From Candidatus Krumholzibacteriia bacterium (lineage in GTDB: Bacteria > Krumholzibacteriota > Krumholzibacteriia > JAJRXK01), in the NCBI GenBank assembly GCA_041484665.1, contig JBGPIA010000002.1:42045-106044 (forward strand): a stretch of 64,000 nucleotides of DNA, given 5' to 3'. Below, one piece after another: positions 14,891 through 24,242 of this stretch. A program made the translations under genes and the position numbers. Numbering within the stretch: position 1 is the stretch's first letter; every line of letters starts with the position of its first letter. The notes below the pieces were generated by a model. The model was not told the DNA's origin, ran no database searches, and was given only the letters and a program-made list of their open reading frames with translations.

Positions 14891-17074
14891 TTGAGTGATT
14901 GGGAGCTGGAGGTCAAGAGCTACCTCAGCGCGCATCCGCATCGTAGTTTCAAGGTCAAGGAGCTGCAGCGGGCGTTGCGCGTGCCCGGATCCCGTTACCG
15001 GCAGTTTCGCGCGCACGTGCTCGGCATGGCCCGCGATGGTCGCATCGCGCTCCTGCCGCGCCGGCGCGTGCAGACGCTGACGACGGCTCCCGTGCTCGAA
15101 GGCACCGTGGCGGGAGTCGGTGAGCTCGCCACGCACGTCTTGCTGGACGTGGGCGAGCGGATGCCCCTGGCCGAGGGCGAGAGCGCCGAGGTCGTGCCCG
15201 GGGACCGGGTGCGCGTTCGCCGCCTGCGCGTGCACGGCGTGCGGGTCGCGCAGATCCAGCGCGTGCTCTTGGCCGGACCGCGCACCGTGTTCGGCGAGCT
15301 GCGGCGCGCCGGGCCGCGCTGGATGCTCATCCCCGACACGCGCGTCCCCGGGCTCTCCGGTGGCGTGTTCGTCGATGAGGATGCCGCAGTGCCGGCCGCC
15401 GGTGATGGGCTGCTCGCACGGGCGCAGCTCCCCGCGTTCGATCCGGCGACCACGCGTCCGACTGCGCCGGCAGTGACGCTGCTGGGCGCCGCCGATCACC
15501 CCCGCGCCGCCATGGCGCGGCTGATCGGCCGCAGCGGATGGCCGCAGGAGTTCTCGGCGCGAGCCCGCGAGGAAGCCCGCGCGACCTTGGACCCGGCGCC
15601 AGCGCGGCGCGATCTGGGCGCCGAGGTCGTCTTCACCATCGATCCGCTCGATGCCAAGGACCACGACGACGCCGTCTCGATCGCGCGTCTGCCCGACGGG
15701 GCGGGCTTCGTGCTCGGCGTGCACATCGCCGACGTCGCCAGCTACGTGCCGCGCGACAGCGCGCTCGACCAGGAGGCTCTCGCGCGCGCCACGAGCGTCT
15801 ATCCACCCGGCGGGGTGCTCCCCATGCTGCCCGCGGAGCTTTCCAGCGGCGAGTGCAGCCTGCACCACGGAGTGGCCCGCCGCGCGGCGAGCGTGACGAT
15901 CCGCTACGACGGCTCGGGACGGCGCCGCGGCTTCGACCTGGGGCTCACTTGGATCCGCAGCCGGGCCTCCTTGGCGTACGAGCAGGCCGAGGAGCTGATG
16001 GAAAACGGCGCGCCGCCGCCGCCGGAGCGCGTCGACGGCGCCACGTCCGAGGAGCTGCGGTCGGCGCTCTGCGAGATGCTCGAGCTGGCGACCCTGCTGC
16101 GAGAGCGCCGCCGCGACGTAGGAAGCCTGTTCGTGGAGCGGCCCGAGCGCACCTTCACCTTCGATGTCGACGGACACGTTGCGCAGGTGGCGTGGCGGCC
16201 GCAGCTGCGCACGCACTGGATCATCGAGGAGTTCATGCTGGAGGCAAACCGGGCCGTCGCGCAGGCGCTGCACGCCGCGGAGCTTCCGCTGCTCTGGCGG
16301 GTGCACGAGGAGCCCGACGAGCTGAAGGTGGCCGAACTGGTGGAGATCCTCAAGGTCCTGGGCGTGCGCTGGAAGCCCCGCGAGCCAATCTCCGGGCACG
16401 ACTACGGTCAGCTGCTGGCGCAGGTGCAGGGCAGCCCGCTGGCCTCGCTGGTGAGCCTGCTCACGCTGCGCTCGCTCATGAAGGCCCGTTACCGCGCCGG
16501 CTGGAACCGTCACTTCGGGCTCGCCTTCGAGGAGTACACCCATTTCACGTCACCTATCCGCCGCTACCCGGACCTGCACAACCAGCGCTGGGTGCACCGG
16601 CTGGTGGCGCGCGCCGGCCGCGGGGGATGGGTGGACGACGCCCTGCACGCCGCCGCCGCGCTGGGCCGGGAGCGGCCGAGCGTGGCCGCCGACCACGAGG
16701 AGGCCCGGCGGCTCGCGGACCACTGCAGCGAGCAGGAGCGGCGGGCCATGGGGGTGGAGCGGGCGGCCGCCGACATCTGCGCCGCCGATGCCTTGCGCGG
16801 CCGGGAGGGGGAGGTGCTCGACGGCATGATCGTGAGCGTCGTGGGCAGCGGGCTGTTCGTGGAGATCGACGGCACGGGCTTGGACGGGTTCGTGGCAGTT
16901 GAACACCTGGCGGGCGACTGGTATACGTTCGATGCCCGGCGCCAGCTGCTCATGGGACAGCGGACCGGCCGCACCTGGCACATGGGCCAACGGGTGCGCG
17001 TCTTGCTGGAGCACGTTGACGTGGCCAGCGGCCGGGTATGGCTGGGCGGGGTGGAGCCGCCTGCCAGGGGATAG
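14891..17074 (+). CDS. rnr: Ribonuclease R (RNase II/R family 3'-5' exoribonuclease), TTG start per the track
   Basis: RNB-domain motifs: VVFTIDPLDAKDHDDAVSIARLPDGAGFVLGVHIADVASYV. C-terminal S1-like region. 727 aa. Confidence 0.85.
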   Translation: MSDWELEVKSYLSAHPHRSFKVKELQRALRVPGSRYRQFRAHVLGMARDGRIALLPRRRVQTLTTAPVLEGTVAGVGELATHVLLDVGERMPLAEGESAEVVPGDRVRVRRLRVHGVRVAQIQRVLLAGPRTVFGELRRAGPRWMLIPDTRVPGLSGGVFVDEDAAVPAAGDGLLARAQLPAFDPATTRPTAPAVTLLGAADHPRAAMARLIGRSGWPQEFSARAREEARATLDPAPARRDLGAEVVFTIDPLDAKDHDDAVSIARLPDGAGFVLGVHIADVASYVPRDSALDQEALARATSVYPPGGVLPMLPAELSSGECSLHHGVARRAASVTIRYDGSGRRRGFDLGLTWIRSRASLAYEQAEELMENGAPPPPERVDGATSEELRSALCEMLELATLLRERRRDVGSLFVERPERTFTFDVDGHVAQVAWRPQLRTHWIIEEFMLEANRAVAQALHAAELPLLWRVHEEPDELKVAELVEILKVLGVRWKPREPISGHDYGQLLAQVQGSPLASLVSLLTLRSLMKARYRAGWNRHFGLAFEEYTHFTSPIRRYPDLHNQRWVHRLVARAGRGGWVDDALHAAAALGRERPSVAADHEEARRLADHCSEQERRAMGVERAAADICAADALRGREGEVLDGMIVSVVGSGLFVEIDGTGLDGFVAVEHLAGDWYTFDARRQLLMGQRTGRTWHMGQRVRVLLEHVDVASGRVWLGGVEPPARG

Positions 17075-17101
17075 GTTCTTCCGTAGCATGGAGTTGCGGC
17101 C

Positions 17102-17485
17102 ATGACCAAGCCCGTGGGACTGGAGCGTCGCAGGGCCGAGCGCGTCAGCGCCCGTCTCAATCTGAACGTGCACCTGCGCTTGCCCGGATCGGGCGGCTCT
17201 GTGGACGACCTGGAGACCCTCAACGTGAGCAGCTCCGGGGTCTACTTCAAGAGCAGCCGCTTCATCGAGCCGATGACCAAGCTGGCGCTGCGCCTGGAAG
17301 TGCCCACCGAACGCGACGATCCCGACGTCACACGCCCGATCTCCTGCGAGGGGATTGTGGTGCGTACCCTCCCCGAGCAGCCGGACGAGTCCGTGGAGGC
17401 CTACGAGGTCGCGGTCTTCTTCACCACGATCGACGCCGAGAGCCTCCACAACCTGGAGAGCTACATCACCAACCTGCTGGCCTAG
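17102..17485 (+). CDS. PilZ-domain protein (c-di-GMP receptor)
   Basis: RxxxR motif (RRRAERVSAR) and (D/N)xSxxG motif (NVSSSGVYF) at the correct spacing. 127 aa. Confidence 0.75.
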   Translation: MTKPVGLERRRAERVSARLNLNVHLRLPGSGGSVDDLETLNVSSSGVYFKSSRFIEPMTKLALRLEVPTERDDPDVTRPISCEGIVVRTLPEQPDESVEAYEVAVFFTTIDAESLHNLESYITNLLA

Positions 17486-17593
17486 ACGCGGGCCGGCGCC
17501 GGGCCCGGGCGACCGCCCTGGCCCTTCCCGCTGTCAAGATCCGGCGCCTCGTGCCGATCCCCTGGTGGCCGAACAGTCTCTGGGGAGGGGTCC

Positions 17594-19090
17594 GTGGCGC
17601 ATACCCGCGAGCGCTATAGCGGTCGCCTGCTGGTCATCGACGACTCGGTGACGTTCTGCCGCCAATTCCAGCAGCTCCTGGAGCGGCTGGGATACCGCGT
17701 GGACGTAGCCCACGATCCGCGCAAGGGTCTGCAGTTCGTCCTGGCCGAGCCGGTCGATGCCGTGCTGCTCGAGAAGCACCTACCGGGCATGGACGGCTAC
17801 GCCCTGTGCCGCCTGCTCAAGAAGTACCCGCAGACGAGCGGGCTGCCGGTCGTCCTGCTCAGCAACGACGACGCCCTCAGCAGCCGCGTGGAGGGGCTGA
17901 GGGCAGGGGCTGACGAGTACCTGAGCAAGCGTATCTCCCCCGAGGAGCTCGACGGCCGGCTACAGTCGCTGCTGCGCGCGCAACGGCTGCGTGGCCAGAT
18001 CGAGGATCAGCATCAGCAGCTCATGGCCGTGCTGGAGGGACTCTCCGACGGCGTGATCCTGGTCGACCGCGACGGGGTGGCGCAGCTTGCCAACCGGGCC
18101 GCGCTGAGCCTGCTGCGCCTGGACCAGGACATCCTGCGCCTGCGCAGCATGCGTCAGATCCTCTCCACGCTGCGCTTCCCCCAGGCCCTGGCGGACCGGC
18201 TGCTGGCTACGGCCGAGCCGTTCACCGACGAGATCGAGGTGGAGATCGACGGGCAACCGCGCCTGCTGGCGGTGCGGTGCGCCCGGGTCACGCGCGCCGC
18301 TGGACAGGGGCTGCTGACCGTGCTGGTCCTGCAGGACGTCACCGAGCGCCGCGAGACCGAGCGCCTGAAAGCCGACTTCCATTCCATGATCGCCCACGAC
18401 CTGCGCAGCCCGTTGAGCGTGATCCAGGGTTACCTGTCGCTGTTGCTCAAGGAGAAGGCGGGCGCGCTGACGCCGCACCAGGAGGAGTTCCTGTGCAGCG
18501 TCCAGGAGAAGGTGTGGGACGTGAGCCGGCTGCTGGACGATTTCCTCGACATGTCGAAGCTCGACGCGGGCTGCATCGTGCTCGACCGCCGGCCGACCGA
18601 CCTGCGCATGCTGCTGTGCGCGTCGCTGCACGACGTGGCGCTCCTGGCGCGTGACCGGGGACTCACGACGCACCTGCGGATCGCGCCGCCGCTGGATGGA
18701 GCGCAGGTGGTGTGCGACGGCAGCCGCATCAAGCAGGTGCTCCAGAACCTCCTCAGCAACGCCGTGAAGTACAACCGCCTGCACGGCCGCATCGACGTCC
18801 GGGCGCGGCTGGAGGGCAACGAGCTGCTGGTCGAGGTGCAGGACGAAGGCATCGGCGTGCCGCCGGAGAAGCACCAGGAGATCTTCGAGCGCTACGTCCG
18901 GCTCAAGGAGGGGCCCGATGCTCCGGAAGGGCTGGGGCTGGGGCTGTTGATCGTGCGCAAGATCGTCGAGGCGCACGGCGGCCGCTCGGGGGTCCGCAGC
19001 GCCGCCGGCGAGGGCGCCACGTTCTGGTTCACGCTGCCCGCCGAGCTCCCGGCGTGCGAAGTCCCGCTGGAGCCACAGCTCACGGGCTGA
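17594..19090 (+). CDS. Hybrid two-component protein: N-terminal receiver - PAS - HisKA - HATPase_c histidine kinase
   Basis: REC: LLVIDDS...VLLEKHLPGMDGYAL...VVLLS. PAS: LEGLSDGVILVDRDG. H-box: MIAHDLRSPLS. N/G boxes: LLSNAVKYN...GLGLGLLIVRKIVEAHGG. Confidence 0.8.
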   Translation: MAHTRERYSGRLLVIDDSVTFCRQFQQLLERLGYRVDVAHDPRKGLQFVLAEPVDAVLLEKHLPGMDGYALCRLLKKYPQTSGLPVVLLSNDDALSSRVEGLRAGADEYLSKRISPEELDGRLQSLLRAQRLRGQIEDQHQQLMAVLEGLSDGVILVDRDGVAQLANRAALSLLRLDQDILRLRSMRQILSTLRFPQALADRLLATAEPFTDEIEVEIDGQPRLLAVRCARVTRAAGQGLLTVLVLQDVTERRETERLKADFHSMIAHDLRSPLSVIQGYLSLLLKEKAGALTPHQEEFLCSVQEKVWDVSRLLDDFLDMSKLDAGCIVLDRRPTDLRMLLCASLHDVALLARDRGLTTHLRIAPPLDGAQVVCDGSRIKQVLQNLLSNAVKYNRLHGRIDVRARLEGNELLVEVQDEGIGVPPEKHQEIFERYVRLKEGPDAPEGLGLGLLIVRKIVEAHGGRSGVRSAAGEGATFWFTLPAELPACEVPLEPQLTG

Positions 19091-19170
19091 GGGCGCGGGC
19101 GGCGGCAATCCCTTCCCCCGGCGCGGCGCGGGCTGCCGCCCAAGGCTCCCGCTGCGCCCTACGCGCGCCT

Positions 19171-19182
19171 GCAACGCGTTGC
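19171..19182 (+). promoter_or_regulatory. Perfect 12-bp palindrome GCAACGCGTTGC ~30 nt upstream of the flgF sigma-54 element (candidate activator or IHF-region site)
   Basis: Seen directly. Its function is inferred only from position. Confidence 0.25.
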
Positions 19183-19211
19183 GCGGCAGCGAAGTCCGTT
19201 CGCTGAGCCCA

Positions 19212-19227
19212 TGGCACATCAGTTGCC
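19212..19227 (+). promoter_or_regulatory. Sigma-54 (RpoN) -24/-12 promoter upstream of flgF: TGGCAC-N5-TTGCC
   Basis: TGGCACATCAGTTGCC at 19212-19227 matches the TGGCAC-N5-TTGCW consensus. AGGAGGA RBS at 19243-19250. GTG start at 19256. Confidence 0.65.
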
Positions 19228-19255
19228 GATGGCTGCCGGTCGTAGGAGGACGACC

Positions 19256-20065
19256 GTGCTGCGTTCATTGCAAGTCTCCAAGACCGGAATGCTGGCCCAA
19301 GAGGCCCGGCTCGAGGTCATCGCCAACAACCTCGCCAACGCCGCCACCACCGGGTTCAAGCGCCTGATCGCTTCGTACGAGGAGCTGCCCGCGCCCACGA
19401 CTGCGGTGCCGGCGAGGTCGCCCACGCCGGCCGAGGCGCTGGCGGCCGCCACGGGCGGCGCGACGCCCGCCGGGGCGCTGGCCCGGCGGCCAGCGCCACG
19501 CCGCAGCGACGGCCCAGCACTGTTGACGCGCGTGGATCTGCGCCAGGGGGCGCTCGAGCAGACCGGCAACCCCCTGGACCTGGCTGTGTCGGGCGACGGG
19601 TTCTTCGTCGTGCGCGTCGGCTCGGCCGAGCGCTACACGCGCGCGGGCACCTTCCGCCTCGACGCGCAGGGCACGCTGGTGGACGCGCAGGGGCATCCCC
19701 TGGTGGGTGGGGGCGGCCCGATCCAGCTTGCGCCCGGCAGCGTGGCCATCGCGAGCGACGGGACGGTCAGCGTCAACGGCGCCGCGGTCGACCGGCTGCG
19801 GGTGGTGCGCTTCCCGGATCCCACCCACGTCCGTCCGGTGGGAGACAGTTTGTTGGCGCTCCCCGATGGCGAGGCGCCCCAGGACCTCCCGCCGGCCCAG
19901 GCGCAAGTCGCCCAGGGTTTCCTCGAGCGCAGCAACGCAAATCCGGTCCACGAGCTGATCTCATTGATCATGGCGCAGCGCGTCTTCGAAGCCGGCCAGC
20001 GACTGCTGGTCACGACCGACGACTCGTTGAGCCGCGCCATCAACCAGGTGGGCCGCGTCCGCTAG
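19256..20065 (+). CDS. flgF: Flagellar basal-body rod protein FlgF
   Basis: VLRSLQVSKTGMLAQEARLEVIANNLANAATTGFK...; C-terminus ...ERSNANPVHELISLIMAQRVFEA (rod/hook family N- and C-terminal domains). Confidence 0.85.
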   Translation: MLRSLQVSKTGMLAQEARLEVIANNLANAATTGFKRLIASYEELPAPTTAVPARSPTPAEALAAATGGATPAGALARRPAPRRSDGPALLTRVDLRQGALEQTGNPLDLAVSGDGFFVVRVGSAERYTRAGTFRLDAQGTLVDAQGHPLVGGGGPIQLAPGSVAIASDGTVSVNGAAVDRLRVVRFPDPTHVRPVGDSLLALPDGEAPQDLPPAQAQVAQGFLERSNANPVHELISLIMAQRVFEAGQRLLVTTDDSLSRAINQVGRVR

Positions 20066-20091
20066 CGGCCTGCCGCAAGGGGGAGTCGAGC

Positions 20092-20883
20092 ATGCTCCGT
20101 GCGATGTCCACGGCCGCCAGCGGGATGCGCGCCCAGCAGACGCGCATCGACACGATCGCCAACAACCTCGCCAATGCGAACACGGCGGGGTTCAAGGCCA
20201 GCCGCGTGGAGTTCCAGGACCTGCTCTACGAGGATGTCCTGCCCGCGGGCGGCACGCGGGCCGACGGCAGCGTCGAGCCGGTGCGCATGGAGGTGGGGCA
20301 TGGGGTGCGGCTGGCGGCCTCCACCCGTTCGCTGGGCGAGGGAACGGTGGAGCAGACGGGCAATCCGACGGACTTCGCCATCGAGGGCGATGGCTTCTTC
20401 CAGATCCGTATGCCCGACGGCAGCATCGCCTATTCCCGCGATGGCAGCTTCAAGGTCGACGCCGACCGTAACCTCGTCACCAGCGCCGGATACCGCTTGG
20501 AGCCGGCGATGACCATCCCGCAAGACGCGGTCGAGGTCTCGCTGGCGCGTGACGGGACGGTGAGCGTGCTGCTGGCCGGCCAGAACGACACCCCCCAAGC
20601 CATCGGCCAGCTGGAGCTGGCGCGCTTCGCCAACCCGGCTGGGATGCGCCAGGAGGGCGGCAACCTGATGCGCTCGTCCGCCAACAGTGGCCCGCCGCTC
20701 TTGGGGCAGCCGGGGACCGTTGGGTACGGCGAGACGACCCAGGGCTTCCTGGAGAGGAGCAACGTGCAGGTGGTGGTGGAGCTCGTGGACATGATCACCG
20801 CGCAGCGCGCCTACGAGCTCAACAGCAAGGCGATCCAGGTCGCCGACGAGATGCTCTCCACCGTGAACGGGATCCGGAGGTAG
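20092..20883 (+). CDS. flgG: Flagellar distal rod protein FlgG
   Basis: MLRAMSTAASGMRAQQTRIDTIANNLANANTAGFK...GFLERSNVQVVVELVDMITAQRAYELNSK. Confidence 0.9.
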   Translation: MLRAMSTAASGMRAQQTRIDTIANNLANANTAGFKASRVEFQDLLYEDVLPAGGTRADGSVEPVRMEVGHGVRLAASTRSLGEGTVEQTGNPTDFAIEGDGFFQIRMPDGSIAYSRDGSFKVDADRNLVTSAGYRLEPAMTIPQDAVEVSLARDGTVSVLLAGQNDTPQAIGQLELARFANPAGMRQEGGNLMRSSANSGPPLLGQPGTVGYGETTQGFLERSNVQVVVELVDMITAQRAYELNSKAIQVADEMLSTVNGIRR

Positions 20884-20886
20884 CCG

Positions 20887-21933
20887 GTGCGTACGCTGCA
20901 AGGGCTGGTGCTGGTGCTCGCGGTCGCGGGGGGAACCTCGCGCGCACCGGCGCAGGGGGCCGCGCCCGGCGCGCCGGCGCAGATCACGCTGCGCGCGCAG
21001 GCGGTCGTCCAGGGGCCGGATGTGCGGCTGACCGACCTGGTGGAGGAACGCCTGCCCGCGGCCTGGGCGCAGCTCGCGATCGCCCCGGCCCCGCCCGCCG
21101 GCCAGAGCATGGAGATCTCCCAGGCGCGCGTGCGGCGGACGCTCGCGCTGGGCGCGGTCGCGTCGCCACCCGCGGTGCGCGGCGCCGCGAGCTGCCGCGT
21201 GCGCAATGACGCAGCCTTGGCCGACGACGGCGCCTTGACGGGGAGCCTTCACGAGCTGCTCGACGCCCTGCCGCTGCCCGCCGGCGCGCTCGGCCAACGC
21301 TTCCAGGTCACCTCGATGCCCAGCCTCGTGGCTGTGGCCGGCAAGCTCTGCGCCCGACTGCAGGGCGACGCCCCGCTGGTGGGGCCGGGCAGCGTGCGCG
21401 TGGAGTTCCTGCGCGGTGGCGCGATGCTCGTGGCCGCCCACGTCGGCGTGGTGCGGGAGCTGCGCGCGGTGGTCTGCACCGCGGCCCGCTCGCTGCCGGC
21501 CGGCACGGCGCTTTCGCCCAGCGATGTCGTCCTCGACACCCTGTGGATCGACCGCCCCGCGCTCTGGGAGCAGGCGCTGCGCCCGCCGCATGCGCCCGGC
21601 ATCACGACGGCGCACGCCGTCGCGGCAGGCGAGGTGCTGCAGTCGGGTAGCCTGCGGCGCACGCCGCTGGTCGTGCGTGGCGCGCCGCTCGAGTGGGTAG
21701 TCTGGCGCGGCGCGTTGCTCGTAGTCGTGCACGCCACCGCGCGGGAGAGCGGCGCGTTGGGCGACTGGGTATGGGTCGAGAGTCCCTTCAACCGCAAGCT
21801 CGCCCGCGTGCAGGTGACGGGCCCGGGCCGAGTGGGAGATCCCCTGCCCGCTGCCTGCGAGCTGGCCCGCGCCCACAGCGGGCCCAACCCAGCGGCGGGC
21901 ACGTCGGACGCTGCACCAGGAGAATTGCCGTGA
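20887..21933 (+). CDS. flgA: Flagellar P-ring assembly chaperone FlgA (long, Ala-rich N-terminal region)
   Basis: Signal peptide. The C-terminal ChapFlgA/SAF-like region is GEVLQSGSLRRTPLVVRGAPLEWVVWRGALLVVVHATARESGALGDWVWVESPFNRKLARVQVTG. Confidence 0.7.
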   Translation: MRTLQGLVLVLAVAGGTSRAPAQGAAPGAPAQITLRAQAVVQGPDVRLTDLVEERLPAAWAQLAIAPAPPAGQSMEISQARVRRTLALGAVASPPAVRGAASCRVRNDAALADDGALTGSLHELLDALPLPAGALGQRFQVTSMPSLVAVAGKLCARLQGDAPLVGPGSVRVEFLRGGAMLVAAHVGVVRELRAVVCTAARSLPAGTALSPSDVVLDTLWIDRPALWEQALRPPHAPGITTAHAVAAGEVLQSGSLRRTPLVVRGAPLEWVVWRGALLVVVHATARESGALGDWVWVESPFNRKLARVQVTGPGRVGDPLPAACELARAHSGPNPAAGTSDAAPGELP

Positions 21934-22550
21934 GCGCCACCACCAAACTCTCGCTCCGCCACCGCGCGCCCGCGTGCACCGCGCTGCTGGCTCTGGCCTG
22001 CGCCGTCGCGGCGCTGCCCGCCGCCGCGCGCGCCGTGCAGCCGCTCATCGACCTGGGCACTGGGCGCGGACTCTTCCACGACGTCAAGGCCGTCGAGGTC
22101 GGGGACATCGTCACGATCGTCATCGAGGAGTCGGCGACGGCCGACACGCGCGCCACCACCGATACCAACAACAAGACCGAGGTATCGGGCGGTCCTGGCC
22201 TCGGGCTGCTCGACCTGGTGCCGAAGTGGGGGCTGGACAGCGAGAACAAGTACAAGGCCGACGGCAAGAGCACGCGCGGGGGCAGCCTCAGCGCGCGCAT
22301 CAGCGCCCGGGTGGTCGAGGCGCTCTCCAACGGCCTGCTGCGCATCGAGGGCACGCGGCTGGTGGAGGTCAACAACGAGAAGCAGCTGATCAGCCTCACC
22401 GGGCTGATCCGCACCCGGGACCTCCGCGCCGACAACACGATCGCCTCGACCTACGTGGCCGACGCGCAGATCCACTATAGCGGCCGCGGGCCCATTACCA
22501 ACGCCCACGAGCCCGGCCTGTTCACGCGCATCGTGAACTGGGTCTTCTAG
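21930..22550 (+). CDS. flgH: Flagellar L-ring lipoprotein FlgH
   Basis: Lipobox LLALAC. ...DIVTIVIEESATADTRATTDTNNKTEVS...LLRIEGTRLVEVNNEKQLISLTGLIRTRDL... Confidence 0.85.
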   Translation: MSATTKLSLRHRAPACTALLALACAVAALPAAARAVQPLIDLGTGRGLFHDVKAVEVGDIVTIVIEESATADTRATTDTNNKTEVSGGPGLGLLDLVPKWGLDSENKYKADGKSTRGGSLSARISARVVEALSNGLLRIEGTRLVEVNNEKQLISLTGLIRTRDLRADNTIASTYVADAQIHYSGRGPITNAHEPGLFTRIVNWVF

Positions 22551-22560
22551 GAGGACGACG

Positions 22561-23682
22561 TTGACCCGCACGCTCAAGATGCGAGCGGCCTTTGTGCTGG
22601 CCGGCGCGTCGCTCTTGCTGGCGTCCGCCGCCGGCGTGGCGCTCGCCGACCGCATCAAGGACATCGCCGCGTTCCAGGGGGACCGCCCGCTGCCGCTGGT
22701 GGGCTACGGTCTAGTGGTGGGCCTCTCGGGGACGGGCGACGGTGGGGGGTCGCAGTTCACCAGCCAGAGCCTGGCGGCGATGCTCGAGCAGCTGGGGCTT
22801 ACCGTGGACCCGGCGCGGCTGCGCGCGCGCAATGTGGCAGCGGTGATCGTGACCTGCGATCTCTGGCCGGGCGTCAACGAGGAGACCGCCGTGGACGTGG
22901 CGGTGGCCTCCATCGGCGACGCCAGCAGCCTGCAGGGCGGTACCCTGCTCATGACTCCGATGCGTGGGCCCGACGGGGATGTCTACGTCGTGGCGCAGGG
23001 AGCGGTCTCCATCGGCGGCTACAACGCCGAGGGGGGCGCCAACAACCGCATCCAGAAGAACCACAGCACCGCCGGCCAGGTCCCCTCCGGGGGACGGGTC
23101 GCCCGGCGGGCGCTCGGCTACGAGATCTTGGCCGGGATGGTTCGCCTGGCGCTGCACCACCCCGACCTCAACACCGCCCAGCGCATCGCCGAGTGCGTGA
23201 ACGGCCGGTTCACCGGCGCAGCGCTGGCCCAGGACGCGGGCACCGTGCAGCTGAACGTGCCCGTGGCCTACGCCGCGAACCCGGTGGCGTTCCTGGCCGA
23301 GGTGGGGGAGCTGCGCGCCGAACCCGACGCGCGCGCCCGCGTCGTGATCAACGAGAAAACCGGGACGATCGTCGTGGGTGCCGGCGTCACCCTGGGCGAG
23401 GCTGCGCTGGCCCACGGCAGCCTCAGCATCGAGATCCGCACGCAGTACGGTGTGAGCCAGCCCAACTCGTTCAATGAGAGCGGCAAGACGGTCGTGGTGC
23501 CCGACGTGCAGACCTCCGTGGAGGAGGGCGCGGCGCACGTCATGCGGGTAGGGGCCTCGACCACGATCAACGACGTGGTCAACGTGCTCAACGAGATGGG
23601 CGCTACACCGCGCGACATCATCGCGATTCTCGAGGCGCTGCGCGCCAGTGGCGCGCTGCAGGCGGAGCTGGTGGTGCTGTGA
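22561..23682 (+). CDS. flgI: Flagellar P-ring protein FlgI
   Basis: Signal peptide, then DRIKDIAAFQGDRPLPLVGYGLVVGLSGTGDG. AGGAGGA RBS 5 nt before TTG 22561. Alternative ATG at 22579. Confidence 0.88.
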   Translation: MTRTLKMRAAFVLAGASLLLASAAGVALADRIKDIAAFQGDRPLPLVGYGLVVGLSGTGDGGGSQFTSQSLAAMLEQLGLTVDPARLRARNVAAVIVTCDLWPGVNEETAVDVAVASIGDASSLQGGTLLMTPMRGPDGDVYVVAQGAVSIGGYNAEGGANNRIQKNHSTAGQVPSGGRVARRALGYEILAGMVRLALHHPDLNTAQRIAECVNGRFTGAALAQDAGTVQLNVPVAYAANPVAFLAEVGELRAEPDARARVVINEKTGTIVVGAGVTLGEAALAHGSLSIEIRTQYGVSQPNSFNESGKTVVVPDVQTSVEEGAAHVMRVGASTTINDVVNVLNEMGATPRDIIAILEALRASGALQAELVVL

Positions 23683-24242
23683 GCCCGCCGCCGATGCACG
23701 GCCTGTGCTTGCCGGCGGGCGCGCCCGGCGCCGCCCCAGGCCCCGGGCCCTCCGCGGTCCGCGCCGTGGGCGCCGCGGCGAATGCAGAGGTGCGCGGCGG
23801 GCCGCCGGCGCCGGTGGACCCGCGCCTGCACGCCGCAGCCCAGGACTTCGAGGGGCTGCTGCTGAACCTGCTGCTGTCGGCCATGCGTCAGACCGTTCCG
23901 CGCGGCGCGCTGTTTGGCAATAGCAACGAGCTGCGCATGTACGAGCAATTGCGCGACGAGGATCTCTCCGCCGGGATGGCCCGCGCGGGCGGGCTGGGTC
24001 TGGCACCGCTCATCGAGCAGCAGCTGGCCGGCCAGCCCGCTGCCGCGCAGCAGCTACGCGTGGCGCTGGCCGCCGCGCACGACGCAGGACGGCGGTCGTT
24101 GGTCCTGGATGCCGCGGGGCGCAGCCCCGCGCTGGCGCCCGCCCCCGCGGTGGGCGCGCCGGCGCTGTCGGCGGCTGCGCTCGCGCTTGCGCCCGACCCG
24201 GACCCAGACCAGGACGCGCCCGGAGCGGATGCGCCATGGTAG
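23679..24242 (+). CDS. flgJ: FlgJ-like rod-binding protein (N-terminal Rod_binding domain only; no muramidase domain)
   Basis: AAAQDFEGLLLNLLLSAMRQTVPRGALFGNSNELRMYEQL matches the FlgJ N-terminal rod-binding motif. 187 aa. Confidence 0.6.
   Translation: MSPPPMHGLCLPAGAPGAAPGPGPSAVRAVGAAANAEVRGGPPAPVDPRLHAAAQDFEGLLLNLLLSAMRQTVPRGALFGNSNELRMYEQLRDEDLSAGMARAGGLGLAPLIEQQLAGQPAAAQQLRVALAAAHDAGRRSLVLDAAGRSPALAPAPAVGAPALSAAALALAPDPDPDQDAPGADAPW

Noticed and set aside
14705-16543. 612-aa minus-strand ORF antisense to RNase R
   Set aside because: It is antisense to a gene with RNB-domain motifs; the Arg/Gln/Ala low-complexity composition marks it as a GC-frame artefact.
17486-17593. GC-rich palindrome GGGCCGGCGCCGGGCCC after the PilZ gene considered as an intrinsic terminator
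   Set aside because: It has no downstream U-tract and an imperfect stem; GC-rich palindromes are frequent here, so it is not called.
21249-22664. 471-aa minus-strand ORF antisense to flgA/flgH
   Set aside because: It is antisense to flgA and flgH, which have a signal peptide and lipobox, and its product is low-complexity.
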